Shown one piece after another: positions 46,700-57,798 of a stretch of DNA of 64,000 nt. The notes beneath the pieces were generated by a model, which saw only the letters and a list, made by a program, of their open reading frames with translations, was not told the origin of the DNA and searched no databases. The DNA is from an uncultured Ginsengibacter sp. (GTDB lineage: Bacteria > Bacteroidota > Bacteroidia > Chitinophagales > Chitinophagaceae). Position 1 is the stretch's first letter, and each line of letters opens with the position of its first letter. Where the stretch lies: assembly GCA_964463015.1 (NCBI GenBank), contig CAYXAL010000001.1:100091-164090 (forward strand), read 5' to 3'. The translations under genes were made by a program, and so were the position numbers.

Positions 46700-47920
46700 A
46701 TGAAAAAAGTGCTTATTGTTTTTGGAACAAGACCCGAAGCTATCAAAATGGCACCGGTAGTGAAAGCCTGTGAACAACATGCTTATGAAATGGAGACGAA
46801 AGTTTGCATTACCGGCCAGCATAAAGAAATGCTTCAGCAGGTATTGAAGGTGTTTGACATTACCCCGGATTATGATCTTTCAGTAATGCACAAAGGGCAA
46901 GACTTGTACGATATTACTTCGCGTGTATTGGTGGGAATGCGGGATGTGTTGAAAGAGTGTAACCCGGATTTGGTTTTGGTGCATGGAGATACAACAACTT
47001 CGGTTGCTGCGGCCCTGGCTGCATTTTATCAGCAAATTCCGGTAGGTCATGTAGAAGCAGGCCTCAGAACGTATGATAAATACAGTCCGTGGCCCGAAGA
47101 AATTAACCGGCAATTAACCTCCAGACTGGCAACCTTTCATTTTGCACCAACTGCGCTAAGCAAAAAAAATCTTCTGAATGAAGGCATCAAAGAAGAAAGT
47201 GTACTGATAACCGGAAATACGGTGATCGATGCCTTGAAAATCGTGCTTGACAGAATTGACCATGACGGAGATGTGAATGTAAGTGTGCGTCAATCACTGA
47301 AATTGGAGGGTATTTCTGAAGAATTGATCAACCGGTGGGGACATGATCGGCGTCTGGTATTAATCACCGGCCACCGAAGAGAAAATTTTGGTGAGGGCTT
47401 TTTGAGTATCTGCAGTGCAATCAAAGAACTCGCAATTAAATATCCGGAGGTGGATTTTGTATATCCTGTGCATCTGAACCCGCATGTCATCAAACCTGTA
47501 TATGACCTGCTTGGGAAACATGAATCCGATAAGGGAGAAAGCGATATGCCAAATGTTTATCTGATTAAACCATTGGACTATTTGCCATTCGTTTATCTGA
47601 TGGGGAAAAGTTATTTCATTCTTACAGACTCCGGTGGTGTCCAGGAAGAAGCTCCGGGTTTGGGTAAGCCGGTTCTGGTAATGAGAAATACAACTGAAAG
47701 GCCGGAAGCTGTAGAGGCAGGTACTGTAAGGCTGACAGGAACAGACAGGGATAAGATTGTGTCAGAATCCTGCGCATTGCTTGAAAATCCAAAGATTTAT
47801 AAGATGATGTCAGATGCGCATAATCCCTATGGTGATGGATTGGCATCCGGAAGAATTATAAAAAGTATCAGAGCTTATTTTCTGCAATCAGAACCTGAAA
47901 TCGTGGTTCAGGGGAAATGA
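46700..47920 (+). CDS. wecB: UDP-N-acetylglucosamine 2-epimerase (non-hydrolysing)
   Basis: MKKVLIVFGTRPEAIKMAPVV ... HVEAGLRT ... TDSGGVQEEAP are hallmark WecB/MnaA motifs. Confidence 0.9.
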   Translation: MKKVLIVFGTRPEAIKMAPVVKACEQHAYEMETKVCITGQHKEMLQQVLKVFDITPDYDLSVMHKGQDLYDITSRVLVGMRDVLKECNPDLVLVHGDTTTSVAAALAAFYQQIPVGHVEAGLRTYDKYSPWPEEINRQLTSRLATFHFAPTALSKKNLLNEGIKEESVLITGNTVIDALKIVLDRIDHDGDVNVSVRQSLKLEGISEELINRWGHDRRLVLITGHRRENFGEGFLSICSAIKELAIKYPEVDFVYPVHLNPHVIKPVYDLLGKHESDKGESDMPNVYLIKPLDYLPFVYLMGKSYFILTDSGGVQEEAPGLGKPVLVMRNTTERPEAVEAGTVRLTGTDRDKIVSESCALLENPKIYKMMSDAHNPYGDGLASGRIIKSIRAYFLQSEPEIVVQGK

Positions 47921-48023
47921 GACCAATAGCCTTTACTAAATGTTGTATGAAAAATAATATAATCCTAAACAGTTTCTTTATGAAAAACGGAATCAAACCC
48001 TTTATTAATCAAATTTTTTACCC

Positions 48024-48539
48024 ATGAGTTGGTTTTTGATTTACGTAAAAGAAACAAAAGAGAGAAAAGTAGCTTCTTCGCTTACCTCAAGGAAGATTGA
48101 AAATTATTTTCCCTCAAATAAGAGGGTTAGTGATAGCTTCCTTCGACAGAAAATCCAGGAAGAAGCATTATTCCCAAACTATATTTTTGCAAAGGCATCT
48201 CCTGAGAATATTGATAAGATCATGCAGGTTCGCCATGTGATTAATCTTGTGCATTGGAAAGATAAACCGGTGGTCATTCCCGATGAATACATTCTTGGGA
48301 TTAAGAGGTTTAGTAAAAAGTATCAGGATATTACTGTAGAAAGGATGGAGATCAACCCGGCTTCCGGAGAAAGAGTTTCCAGGATTATCGGAGAGTCAGT
48401 CATTGAGTTAAAGCTACCTGCCATCGGATATAAGTTAAAGGTTCAGAATGACGAGTATGAAGTCGATGAGAATCTGACTATTTTATTGAGAAAAAACGAC
48501 ACAGGAGTACCACGAAACCTCAGGGTGGGTAAGTCCTAA
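48024..48539 (+). CDS. NusG-paralog transcription antiterminator of polysaccharide loci (UpxY-like)
   Basis: 171 aa. NGN-like N-terminus (WFLIYVKETKERKVASSL) and KOW-like C-terminus. Positioned at the start of a co-directional wzy-wzx-GT block. Confidence 0.5.
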   Translation: MSWFLIYVKETKERKVASSLTSRKIENYFPSNKRVSDSFLRQKIQEEALFPNYIFAKASPENIDKIMQVRHVINLVHWKDKPVVIPDEYILGIKRFSKKYQDITVERMEINPASGERVSRIIGESVIELKLPAIGYKLKVQNDEYEVDENLTILLRKNDTGVPRNLRVGKS

Positions 48540-48549
48540 GGTATTTAAA

Positions 48550-49848
48550 ATGAATCTAGGCCTTCTTCTTGCGTTTGCATCGGTACTGGTTTTCGTCATT
48601 TTTTATTTCTATAAAAACGGAAGCACACCTTATTATCTGCTTTATGTAGTTTATCTTCTTCCTGTAATGGATTTGAAGGTAGTTCCCTTTGATTATGGTG
48701 GATTGACAGTATTTGATTTTATTACCCTGATCACTTTATTGCTGTCTTACAATGTATTCTTTCGGAAATTAAATTTCCTTGATGGCAAAGTGATTTTGTT
48801 TGTGCTCTTTCTGGCTGTATTGTTGATTAGCAGCCTTGCATCTGAATTTGCAAAAAGGGCGTTATTTAGCCTGATTACAGTAGTTACGCCATTTGTCTTT
48901 TCAAGATTTCTTATTCTGGAAGTACTGCGGAATAGTGAATTCGTGAAAGAGTTTTTTAAGGGTGTGAAATTTACTTGCTATGTAGCGATTGGGTTTATCC
49001 TGATTCAGGTATTGCTTGGCCCTGATAAATTTACATTTTATGATATGCTGAATCAGAATGTGATGGCAGAGGGTACGATCCGGTATCCGGGTTTTTTCAT
49101 GGATTCTCAAATCAATGGAATTTTCCTGGCTATGATTTCATTTTTCTGGCTTGCGAATTTTGAAAAGTTTGGAAGGATTACCTATAGGCAATTGGCCTTT
49201 TTCTCCTTGGTATTGGTAGGAGTGATGCTTTCAGGCAGCCGCTCGGCATTTCTGGGCTTCGCCTCGGGAATTGTTTTCCTTGTGATTTTTCAAAGAGGAG
49301 TATTAAGATTTCACGTTTTTCGCTACTTGTTGCTGGGAGGTATTTTTCTGTTTTTTGCAGCAGGCGCTACCAATACGTTTGACCGGTTTAAGAGCATTGA
49401 CAATGACTACAGTTTTAGGATGAATATTTGGGAGGGCGCCTTTGATATTTTTAAAGCACATCCATTGCTGGGTATAGGAATGAACAATTATAAAGACTAT
49501 GCCCGCTTGCATGCACAGGATCAGTCGATCACCCTGGATAATGATGAAATTCTTTATCTCGATCACCCGGAGAATGGTTACCTCAAGTTTCTGGTAGAGT
49601 GGGGTGCCATCGCTTTTGGATTGTTGATGATTATAATTCTTACTCCTTTGATAAAAATGTTTGATTATTATATTAAAGGATATAATGTGAAGATGGCAAC
49701 ACTCATGACTGCGCCTGTGATTGCTTGGCTGGCATCCAACATGTCGGTGCATACGTTGAGTGATAGCAGAATGGTAATTCTTTTGGCATCGGCTCTTGCT
49801 TTAATTATTTTGTTTACAGAAAAAAATATTGTTACAGATGAGGCTTAA
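48550..49848 (+). CDS. wzy: O-antigen/EPS polymerase or ligase family membrane protein (Wzy-like)
   Basis: About 10-12 TM helices with a Wzy_C-like loop (LSGSRSAFLGFASGIVFLVIF ... LLGIGMNNY). Confidence 0.55.
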   Translation: MNLGLLLAFASVLVFVIFYFYKNGSTPYYLLYVVYLLPVMDLKVVPFDYGGLTVFDFITLITLLLSYNVFFRKLNFLDGKVILFVLFLAVLLISSLASEFAKRALFSLITVVTPFVFSRFLILEVLRNSEFVKEFFKGVKFTCYVAIGFILIQVLLGPDKFTFYDMLNQNVMAEGTIRYPGFFMDSQINGIFLAMISFFWLANFEKFGRITYRQLAFFSLVLVGVMLSGSRSAFLGFASGIVFLVIFQRGVLRFHVFRYLLLGGIFLFFAAGATNTFDRFKSIDNDYSFRMNIWEGAFDIFKAHPLLGIGMNNYKDYARLHAQDQSITLDNDEILYLDHPENGYLKFLVEWGAIAFGLLMIIILTPLIKMFDYYIKGYNVKMATLMTAPVIAWLASNMSVHTLSDSRMVILLASALALIILFTEKNIVTDEA

Positions 49849-51325
49849 TAAGCTCTCAACTCCACTCAGATCATTGGGGAAATCGCGGACTGTACAGAAT
49901 AGTATCTGGGGGATTTTAGCGAGTGGCGGGCAGACGGTACTGTTGAGTTTGTTTTTTGTGATTCTGGCGAGGAAATATGATCGATCCGTTTTTGCAATTT
50001 TTCTGATAGCGACTACCATCTATCAGTTTCTGTCGGCATTTTCTACCCTGGGACTGAATCAATGGTTCACAAGAGCGATTGTTCACGCAGAGAATAAAGT
50101 AGAGATTATCAACAAGTTTTTTAAAGTACAGTTCATTTCCGGAATTTTATTTTACCTGTGCAACATTGCCGTTGCATACAGTCTGTATGATGATAAATTG
50201 TTACAGCACTTAGCTGTGCTGTTGGGAATCAATATTCTTTTTGATAATATTATTTACGGGATAAAGGCACTAAACGTGGCTGAATTTCAGCAGAAGAAAA
50301 CGTTTGTCATCATGCTTGGTGATTCTGTATTAAAGTTTCTTGCTTCCTGTATATTGCTTGTTTATCCGCTTCCGGTTATTTATCTCGCAGTGATATTAAT
50401 TGGGATCAGACTCCTGACGCTGAACATTTTTCTTGGATTTGGGTCTTCCAAACTGATTTCTTTTTCAAAGTTGATTGCCCACAAAATTTCATGGAAGGAG
50501 TTGAAATCGATAGTACTTGCCAATTGGGCTTTTGTAATTATTGGTAGTGTCTCTATGATTTATTGGCGAATAGGCAACCTGATTATTTCAAAGACACTTC
50601 CTTTAGACGATGTCGCCAACTATGAAGTTTCTTACAGAGTATTTTCACTGGCCTTGATACTTCCGATAATTGTTTCTACCACTGTTTTCCCGTCATTTGT
50701 AGAGCTGTACAAAGCAGGTGAAATGAAGAAACTGAAAGAATATTTTCATAAGATCTTTATTATTTATCTCACATATAGCCTTCTTGTTTTTACTTTTTTT
50801 TACAGCTTTTCTGATTTCCTTATTCCTTTTGCTTTTGGAGAAAAGTTTCTGGATAATGCACCCTATACCAAGGAGATGTTTCTTGCGGTGTTGGTGTTTC
50901 CCACTGTTTTGTTACAGGCCAATATGCTGGTAGCTCTTCACAAAGAAAAAATTGATATGTGGTTGAATGTATTGAGCCTGGTAGTCAATGTGGCTTTTTG
51001 CCTGGTGGGTTTGTATTTCGTAAAGTCCTTGACAGTAGTGAATCTTGCCATCTTTGCATCTTTCCTGGTTTTTCATATTGTACAGGATGTGTACCTGATA
51101 AAAAATAGGATTACAAATCTAAAGACGGTTATTGGCGTGTATTTGTTTCTTGCCGGTGTGGTGATAGCGTATGCGCTGTTGTCAAAGTATGTGAATCCTG
51201 TGATACTATTTATCCTTTTTTGGGCTATTCTCGGTACGGTAGTCATCAGTACCACGATTAAGTTTAGCGGGTTGAAACAGTTATTGAAAAACCCGCAATC
51301 ATTCAGTTTTAATAAGATAGGATGA
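49829..51325 (+). CDS. wzx: Polysaccharide flippase (MOP/Wzx family)
   Basis: 498 aa, about 12-14 TM helices, Polysacc_synt-like N-terminus. Start uncertain: the 20-nt overlap with wzy suggests an internal ATG may be used. Confidence 0.65.
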   Translation: MLQMRLNKLSTPLRSLGKSRTVQNSIWGILASGGQTVLLSLFFVILARKYDRSVFAIFLIATTIYQFLSAFSTLGLNQWFTRAIVHAENKVEIINKFFKVQFISGILFYLCNIAVAYSLYDDKLLQHLAVLLGINILFDNIIYGIKALNVAEFQQKKTFVIMLGDSVLKFLASCILLVYPLPVIYLAVILIGIRLLTLNIFLGFGSSKLISFSKLIAHKISWKELKSIVLANWAFVIIGSVSMIYWRIGNLIISKTLPLDDVANYEVSYRVFSLALILPIIVSTTVFPSFVELYKAGEMKKLKEYFHKIFIIYLTYSLLVFTFFYSFSDFLIPFAFGEKFLDNAPYTKEMFLAVLVFPTVLLQANMLVALHKEKIDMWLNVLSLVVNVAFCLVGLYFVKSLTVVNLAIFASFLVFHIVQDVYLIKNRITNLKTVIGVYLFLAGVVIAYALLSKYVNPVILFILFWAILGTVVISTTIKFSGLKQLLKNPQSFSFNKIG

Positions 51326-51441
51326 TGAATGTTTTCCAGTGTCGGATTTATCTTTTTAAAATTTTAAACTTTGACAGTATCAGCGGAATAGTGTTGGGGG
51401 AGTAATTTTTTGTCAACTGAAAAGTAAATAACAGAAAGAAA

Positions 51442-52677
51442 TTGGTAGCTAAAAAAATATTATTAAGTGCTTATGCATGCTCTCCTATACGTGGCTCAGA
51501 ACCTGGCAATGGGTGGGCGTGGGCTGTAGGCCTGGCAAGAAGGGGATTTCATGTTTGGTGTTTTACCAATGTAGAAGACCGGGAGGAAATTATAAAGGCA
51601 CATTCTGAAACAGGGCTAATGGATTTGCATTTTGTTTTTATAGATCTTCCTGGTAGCCTGGATAGGCGATTGTTAAATACCGATTCCAAGACCATTTATC
51701 TGCACTATAAAATGTGGCAGCGCCGGGCGGCTGTTGTCGCAAGAAAGCTACATGCTTCCGTTCATTTTGACATAGCGCATCACGTCACATTCGGAAGTTT
51801 GCAGCAAGGTAATTTCTTATGGAAACTGAATGGAGTAAAAAAAATATTTGGACCAGTGGGCGGAGGGCAGAAGGCCTTACCTATATTTAAAGAATATTTT
51901 GGTGGAGCCTGGAAAATTGAAAAGCTAAGAGATGTGGTTACGACGCTGAGTACGGCTCTGAGCAAAAATTTTAAGAACAGTATTCTGAAATCGGATTATG
52001 TACTCGTGTCCAATGCAGATACATTTGAGATGGCGAAGAAAGTGTTGAACGGATCTTCAGAGAGAATCCAATTTGTACCCGACGCATCTATCCCAACCTC
52101 TATGGAACACATAGGTGAATTGCAAAGAAATGCTACCGGGGTATTAAAACTACTATGGGTGGGACGGTTGCTGCCGAGAAAAGGACTAAATCTGGTATTG
52201 GAGGCCTTATCTAAAGTACCTGATAATGTGGCATACGAACTATCCATCATTGGAGGAGGCGAATGGTTTCATTTGATTGATGATTGGATTAAAAATTATG
52301 GATTTGAAAGAAGCAAGATAAAAATCAGTGGTCAGATACCATTTGAGGATGTACTTAATTATTACCGCAACTCAGATGTGTTTATCTTTTGTTCCCTGCG
52401 CGATTCATTTGGTGCACAATTGCATGAAGCGATGGCTTTTGGACTTCCTATCATTACACTGAATACACATGGTGCTGCACTTTTCGTTCCGGATGATGCC
52501 GGGATAAAGGTTACTCCGGTTACCAAAGAACAAACTATTTCTGACATCGCAAAGGCAGTAGTGAAGATGCATGATGACGAAGAATTCAGAAGAAAATGTG
52601 GCCATCATTCTTATCTGAATGCGCAAAAAAATACATGGCAGGTGCGCATTGATACCGTTGTTGAAAAGTATTATTGA
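51442..52677 (+). CDS. Glycosyltransferase family 4
   Basis: GT-B C-terminal signature (VFIFCSLRDSFGAQLHEAMAFGLPIITLN), the EX7E-type motif. Confidence 0.8.
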   Translation: MVAKKILLSAYACSPIRGSEPGNGWAWAVGLARRGFHVWCFTNVEDREEIIKAHSETGLMDLHFVFIDLPGSLDRRLLNTDSKTIYLHYKMWQRRAAVVARKLHASVHFDIAHHVTFGSLQQGNFLWKLNGVKKIFGPVGGGQKALPIFKEYFGGAWKIEKLRDVVTTLSTALSKNFKNSILKSDYVLVSNADTFEMAKKVLNGSSERIQFVPDASIPTSMEHIGELQRNATGVLKLLWVGRLLPRKGLNLVLEALSKVPDNVAYELSIIGGGEWFHLIDDWIKNYGFERSKIKISGQIPFEDVLNYYRNSDVFIFCSLRDSFGAQLHEAMAFGLPIITLNTHGAALFVPDDAGIKVTPVTKEQTISDIAKAVVKMHDDEEFRRKCGHHSYLNAQKNTWQVRIDTVVEKYY

Positions 52678-53796
52678 ATGAACAGAAAACGAATTCTTTT
52701 TGGGGTTCCTCCACACGCACATGTCGTGCTGGCTATGGATGAGGTGAAGGCGATGGAGAATCTGGGCTATGAATGTTTTACCGTGACATACGGAAGGAAT
52801 GACAAGGATGAATCAAAGATTAAGAAGGTGATTGGTACGATAAGGAATGCTTTCAGATTATTATCGCGCATAAAGGAAACCAACCCCGACATCATTTACC
52901 TGAATTCCAGGTTTGAGCCGGTGGGAAGCATCCGGGACTATATCACTCTGAGGATTTTCAAATTTCTGAACGGGAAAAAGGCTCAGATCGTTATTAAGTC
53001 TCACGGCTCAGATTGCAGTATTCTTCAGAATAATTCGTTTCTTTATAAGAAGGTAGTTGTCCCATTCTTAACCCGCAATGTAGATCAGTGGATCTTTTTA
53101 TCTCAGGAAGAGAAGAATATCATTCAGAAACACAATCGTGAAATGGCTGTTCGCGTATATGTATTGCCCAATATCATTGTGCCGGAAAGATGCATTGCTT
53201 CTTCAGAGTTGAAGGCCAAATATCATATCCCGGATGAAAAGTTTATCTGTCTTTTTGTAGGACGGGTTGTAGAAGTAAAAGGTGTATTTGATATTGCGGA
53301 AAGTATCTCACATTTACGGACACCCGAAAATTTCCATTTCCTTTTTGTAGGCAGTGGCGACGATAAGACAAGGTTGGAGCAAATGGTAAGAAATCAATTT
53401 CCAAATACATCGGTTCAGTTTACCGGTTATGTTCCTGAGGCGGAATGTGACCGGTTTTATGGAATCGCCGATGTGCTGGTTTATCCTACTTATGACACAG
53501 AAGGGTTTTGTATGGCCCTCTTTAAGTCGGTAGCTTGTGGGGTACCCGTCATAACTACTCCGATCCGGGCTGCCAAAGATTATCTCTCCGAACCGGAAAA
53601 TGTATTATGGGTAAAGGAGAAATCGCCCGTAGAAATTGCAAATGCTTTAGATCGCATATATTCAGACAATGAGTTGCGTAAGACAATGAGTGAGAATAAC
53701 AGACAATTGGGAGTGAAATTTTCTCCACCAGAAGTGGCAAAACAATTTGAAACTATTTTATTGGGAAAGACAATAAAACCGGCATCCCTGGTATGA
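52678..53796 (+). CDS. Glycosyltransferase family 4
   Basis: C-terminal VLVYPTYDTEGFCMALFKSVACGVPVITT GT4 signature. Abuts the previous GT with no gap. Confidence 0.8.
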   Translation: MNRKRILFGVPPHAHVVLAMDEVKAMENLGYECFTVTYGRNDKDESKIKKVIGTIRNAFRLLSRIKETNPDIIYLNSRFEPVGSIRDYITLRIFKFLNGKKAQIVIKSHGSDCSILQNNSFLYKKVVVPFLTRNVDQWIFLSQEEKNIIQKHNREMAVRVYVLPNIIVPERCIASSELKAKYHIPDEKFICLFVGRVVEVKGVFDIAESISHLRTPENFHFLFVGSGDDKTRLEQMVRNQFPNTSVQFTGYVPEAECDRFYGIADVLVYPTYDTEGFCMALFKSVACGVPVITTPIRAAKDYLSEPENVLWVKEKSPVEIANALDRIYSDNELRKTMSENNRQLGVKFSPPEVAKQFETILLGKTIKPASLV

Positions 53797-54359
53797 TAAT
53801 TAGAAGCATCAAAAAACTGCGTGACCTGTATCTTGTAAAAGTTAAATACAGGAAGTACCGAATAGGAAAGGGTTTCCATGCAGGTGCGCGTGTGCGTATC
53901 TGGGGAAAATCGAAAATAGAGATTGGTAAAAATTTTTATATCGGAAGAGACAGCTTTATTGAATCCGATGTTGTTATCGGCGATAATGTGATCTGGGCAA
54001 ACCGGGTAGCCCTGGTAGGCAGGTACGATCATCATTATCAATTACCGGGAACACCCATCAGACTTGCTCCGCAAATCAGAGATGCGGATTATACCTGGAA
54101 GGGCCTTGGTGATGTAACGACGATCGAAGATGATGTATGGGTAGGATATGGATCAACCATACTCTCAGGCGTCACCATTAAAGAGGGAAGCATCGTTGCA
54201 GCAGGCTCGCTGGTGACAAAGGATGTAGAGCCTTATAGTATTTATGGTGGAGTACCGGCCAGAAAATTGGGTGATCGTTTTGAATCGAAGGAGAGTTTAT
54301 TAAAGCATTTACAGTTAGTCAACTCATCTTATAAAGACTATTTCAGGAATTATCAATAA
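53793..54359 (+). CDS. Hexapeptide-repeat (left-handed beta-helix) O-acetyltransferase, WcaF/maltose acetyltransferase-like
   Basis: Repeated [LIV]GxxxxI hexapeptides (IGDNVIWANRVALVG ... VWVGYGSTILSGVTIKEGSIVAAGSLV) and C-terminal YSIYGGVPARKL. ATGA overlap with the upstream GT. Confidence 0.8.
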   Translation: MIIRSIKKLRDLYLVKVKYRKYRIGKGFHAGARVRIWGKSKIEIGKNFYIGRDSFIESDVVIGDNVIWANRVALVGRYDHHYQLPGTPIRLAPQIRDADYTWKGLGDVTTIEDDVWVGYGSTILSGVTIKEGSIVAAGSLVTKDVEPYSIYGGVPARKLGDRFESKESLLKHLQLVNSSYKDYFRNYQ

Positions 54360-54461
54360 CACAACTTTTCTTACATAATTTACCAGACAGAGGTTTCTTC
54401 GTTAACCTGCCTGCTGGTATTTCATATTTATTTACAGTTTTAAAATCAGCTTATTATTGTC

Positions 54462-55355
54462 ATGCAACGAGCGATAACCCTGGTACACAAGGGCGCAATG
54501 CCTATCGCTGTACCGGCAATCAAAAGTTTTGCGGCTCATTTTTCTAAGAGCCATTCTTTAACGATTCATACAGATCATTCGATAGAACAGGAAGATATTG
54601 ATATAATGAAACGTGCCGCAGAAGGAATCAGGACAAATATTGTCACCTGGGAAGAAAGAGAGCATAAGATAAAGGACAAAGTGAAAGATTACCCTTTTAT
54701 ACGAAAACTACTCCGCTCACGGTTCCATTATATAAAGTTGGAGATACCAATGATGGAAGAAATTCCGTATTTCTTCTTTGATTCTGACATTATATGGATG
54801 AAGCATGTAAACAATCTAAAGCCATCCAATGCGCCCAATGCATTTTCGACAGAGTCATGGAGTTCTTATAATGGGATTGTTAACCCAAGGCATTGGATAG
54901 TCAACAAAACCCCACGACGGGTGAATTCAGGGTTTTATTATATCAGTGAACCATTTCCTTATGAAAAGTTGGAAAACCTTCTGGTGAAGGGATATTATAT
55001 TCCCGGACCTGTACAGGCAGGAGATCAGGAAATTTTTGCCTACCTCTATCCTGACCTGGAATATTTTCATCCGGAAGATCTCAAGCGTAGCCGGATAGGT
55101 GGCACCTACAACCTATCTGAACTTACCTGTGCGGCACTTCATTTCCCGGGAGGGATGTGGAGATATCATCTCGATCAGATTGATAGTTTGGTTCACAAAG
55201 ATTCAGGAGAAGGAAGCACGATTCGATATATTCCATCGCAACCGTTTACACTTGCAGAGTATTATCGAATGAAAGCCACCATTACATTGGGTGAATCCAG
55301 GTTATTGGCAAAGCCATTCAATATTATGAGAAAGTTACTTAGAGAATATCGGTAA
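54462..55355 (+). CDS. Hypothetical protein, possible GT-A-fold glycosyltransferase
   Basis: 297 aa. A hydrophobic run followed by DxD (IPYFFFDSDIIW) is the only recognisable feature. Confidence 0.3.
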   Translation: MQRAITLVHKGAMPIAVPAIKSFAAHFSKSHSLTIHTDHSIEQEDIDIMKRAAEGIRTNIVTWEEREHKIKDKVKDYPFIRKLLRSRFHYIKLEIPMMEEIPYFFFDSDIIWMKHVNNLKPSNAPNAFSTESWSSYNGIVNPRHWIVNKTPRRVNSGFYYISEPFPYEKLENLLVKGYYIPGPVQAGDQEIFAYLYPDLEYFHPEDLKRSRIGGTYNLSELTCAALHFPGGMWRYHLDQIDSLVHKDSGEGSTIRYIPSQPFTLAEYYRMKATITLGESRLLAKPFNIMRKLLREYR

Positions 55356-55415
55356 TTGAATTTTTGTGATACGGGATTTGAATAAATTTTTTACAAAAGC
55401 CACGAAATTTAAGAG

Positions 55416-56219
55416 TTGAACTCACAAAAATTATTGGATTTTAGAATCAGCACAGGCAGCTATTCTGAGTTTGTGACTGAAATCATTAATCACGCTGCCT
55501 CCCACCATTCCATTTACGTATGTGTGGCTAATGTACACATGTTTGTGGAGGCCCATAAAGATTCTTCCTTTAAACAGATCATAGACGAAGCAGACATGGT
55601 GACACCCGATGGTAAACCATTAACATGGGCACTAAACCTTTTAAACAAAATCAGCCAGGAAAGAGTGGCCGGAATGGATTTATTTCCTTCATTGCTTCAG
55701 GCATCAGAAGAATCAGGTCTGTCTGTATATTTTTACGGCGGTTCTGAAACTATGTTGAATACGCTTGAGAATAAAGTAAGGGAAAGATTTCCTTCTTTGA
55801 CTATTTCCGGAAAATACAGTCCTCCTTTCCGGCAACTTACCAAAGATGAGGACGCAGCGATAATAAACCGTATCAATGATGTTGCTCCGCACTTAGTCTT
55901 TGTAGCACTAGGATGCCCGAAGCAGGAAAGATGGATGTATGCCATGAAAGGAAAGATCAATGCGACGATGATTGGAGTAGGAGGCGCATTGCCTGTTTTT
56001 GCGGGCTTGCAAAAGCGTGCTCCGGTTTGGATGCAAAAGAGTGGTCTCGAGTGGCTTCACAGACTTGGTCAGGAACCGCGAAGGCTTTTTAAACGGTATG
56101 CAGTGACCAACAGCACATTTCTCTACTTAATTATTAGGGAATTTTTTAGACAGAAACTTTCACCGGGTAAGAAACCTTTACAAAAAGAGGATCCGGTAGC
56201 GAATATCAGGAAGGATTAA
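55416..56219 (+). CDS. WecB/TagA/CpsF-family (GT26) glycosyltransferase
   Basis: DMVTPDGKPLTWAL ... VYFYGGSETMLNTLENKVRERFPSLTISG ... FVALGCPKQERWM is the characteristic GT26 motif set. Confidence 0.8.
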   Translation: MNSQKLLDFRISTGSYSEFVTEIINHAASHHSIYVCVANVHMFVEAHKDSSFKQIIDEADMVTPDGKPLTWALNLLNKISQERVAGMDLFPSLLQASEESGLSVYFYGGSETMLNTLENKVRERFPSLTISGKYSPPFRQLTKDEDAAIINRINDVAPHLVFVALGCPKQERWMYAMKGKINATMIGVGGALPVFAGLQKRAPVWMQKSGLEWLHRLGQEPRRLFKRYAVTNSTFLYLIIREFFRQKLSPGKKPLQKEDPVANIRKD

Positions 56220-56342
56220 AATTGACCGTGAGAATTCAGTTCACCTCCCGGCCGGGATTTCTGCGAATTAAATGGTTTCATCAGAAGTATGAAGATGGTA
56301 AACTGAAACCGTATAACCTCCAAAAAACAAGCGCTCTGGCCT

Positions 56343-57773
56343 ATGCTTTTCAATTCCATTGATTTTGTCATTTTCTTTGTTCTCATAACAACGGCCTACT
56401 TTGTACTGCCTCATAAATTCAGATGGGCATTGTTGCTCGCGGCCAGTTGTTATTTCTATATGGCATTTGTGCCGATCTATATTCTTATTCTGTTTTTTAC
56501 CATAATAATTGACTATTTCGCAGGAATATTTTTGGAAAATACAGATGGAAGAAAGCGAAAACTTTATCTGATAATCAGCCTGATTGCCAACATCGGAGTA
56601 TTGGCTGTTTTCAAATACTATAATTTTCTCAATGATAACCTGACTACTTTGTTGCATGGGATGGATTTCAAAAATCCGATTCCTTATTTATCTATTCTAT
56701 TGCCGATCGGATTGTCGTTTCACACCTTTCAGGCCATGAGTTATACGATTGAAGTGTATAGAGGTCATCAAAAAGCTGAAAGGAATTTTGGGATTTATTC
56801 TCTCTATGTAATGTTTTATCCGCAATTGGTGGCAGGGCCGATTGAAAGGCCACAAAATCTGCTTCCGCAATTTTATACCAGACATGTTTTTGATTACGAC
56901 AGGGTAGTGGATGGATTGCGATTGATGTTGTGGGGTTTTTTCAAAAAAATAGTAATTGCAGACAGATTGGCCATCTATGTAGATTCTGTGTATAACAATC
57001 CGGAACACCACACCGGCCTTACTCTGATAATTGCCACGGTATTTTTTGCATTTCAGATCTATTGTGATTTCTCAGGGTATTCAGATATAGCTATTGGCGC
57101 GGCCCGGGTAATGGGTTTTAAACTAATGACCAATTTTAACCGGCCTTATTTTTCAAAGAATATTTCTGAATTCTGGAAGCGCTGGCATATATCGCTGTCC
57201 ACCTGGTTTAAAGACTATCTGTATATTTCTTTGGGTGGAAATCGAGTTTCAATTCCGAGATGGTACTTTAATTTGTTTTTTGTTTTTGTAGTGAGTGGTT
57301 TATGGCATGGTGCCAACTGGACATTTATGATCTGGGGAGCATTAAACGGGTTTTATCTCGTTTTTGCCATTATAAAACGACCGCTGGATAATAAGATAGG
57401 TAAGCTCACAGGGCTGCACAAACACAAGACTTTGAACAACGCCTTTCAAATATCAGTCACCTTTGTGCTGGCTTGCTTTGCCTGGACATTTTTCAGAGCA
57501 AACAATGTGACAGATGCATTTCTTATCGTTAGAAAGATGTTCACATTTGAAGGGCCGGCTTATATAGGGAATCCCTCTACAATGATTTTTTCAATATTTG
57601 GTATTCTTTTTCTGATCGCAGCAGAAATCAAACAGGAATACTTTAATGATAAATTTTCATTCATGTATCACAGCAATCGGACTGTACGGTATATTTCGTA
57701 TGCAACGCTAATCCTGGTGATCATGCTGATTGGTGTTTTTGACGGAGGACAGTTTATTTATTTTCAATTTTGA
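56343..57773 (+). CDS. MBOAT-family membrane O-acyltransferase (AlgI/DltB-like)
   Basis: 476 aa, multi-TM. Conserved His region FWKRWHISLSTWFKDYLYISLGGNR and downstream SGLWHGANW. Confidence 0.85.
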   Translation: MLFNSIDFVIFFVLITTAYFVLPHKFRWALLLAASCYFYMAFVPIYILILFFTIIIDYFAGIFLENTDGRKRKLYLIISLIANIGVLAVFKYYNFLNDNLTTLLHGMDFKNPIPYLSILLPIGLSFHTFQAMSYTIEVYRGHQKAERNFGIYSLYVMFYPQLVAGPIERPQNLLPQFYTRHVFDYDRVVDGLRLMLWGFFKKIVIADRLAIYVDSVYNNPEHHTGLTLIIATVFFAFQIYCDFSGYSDIAIGAARVMGFKLMTNFNRPYFSKNISEFWKRWHISLSTWFKDYLYISLGGNRVSIPRWYFNLFFVFVVSGLWHGANWTFMIWGALNGFYLVFAIIKRPLDNKIGKLTGLHKHKTLNNAFQISVTFVLACFAWTFFRANNVTDAFLIVRKMFTFEGPAYIGNPSTMIFSIFGILFLIAAEIKQEYFNDKFSFMYHSNRTVRYISYATLILVIMLIGVFDGGQFIYFQF

Positions 57774-57798
57774 TTTTTAGCAGATAATAGATTTAAAC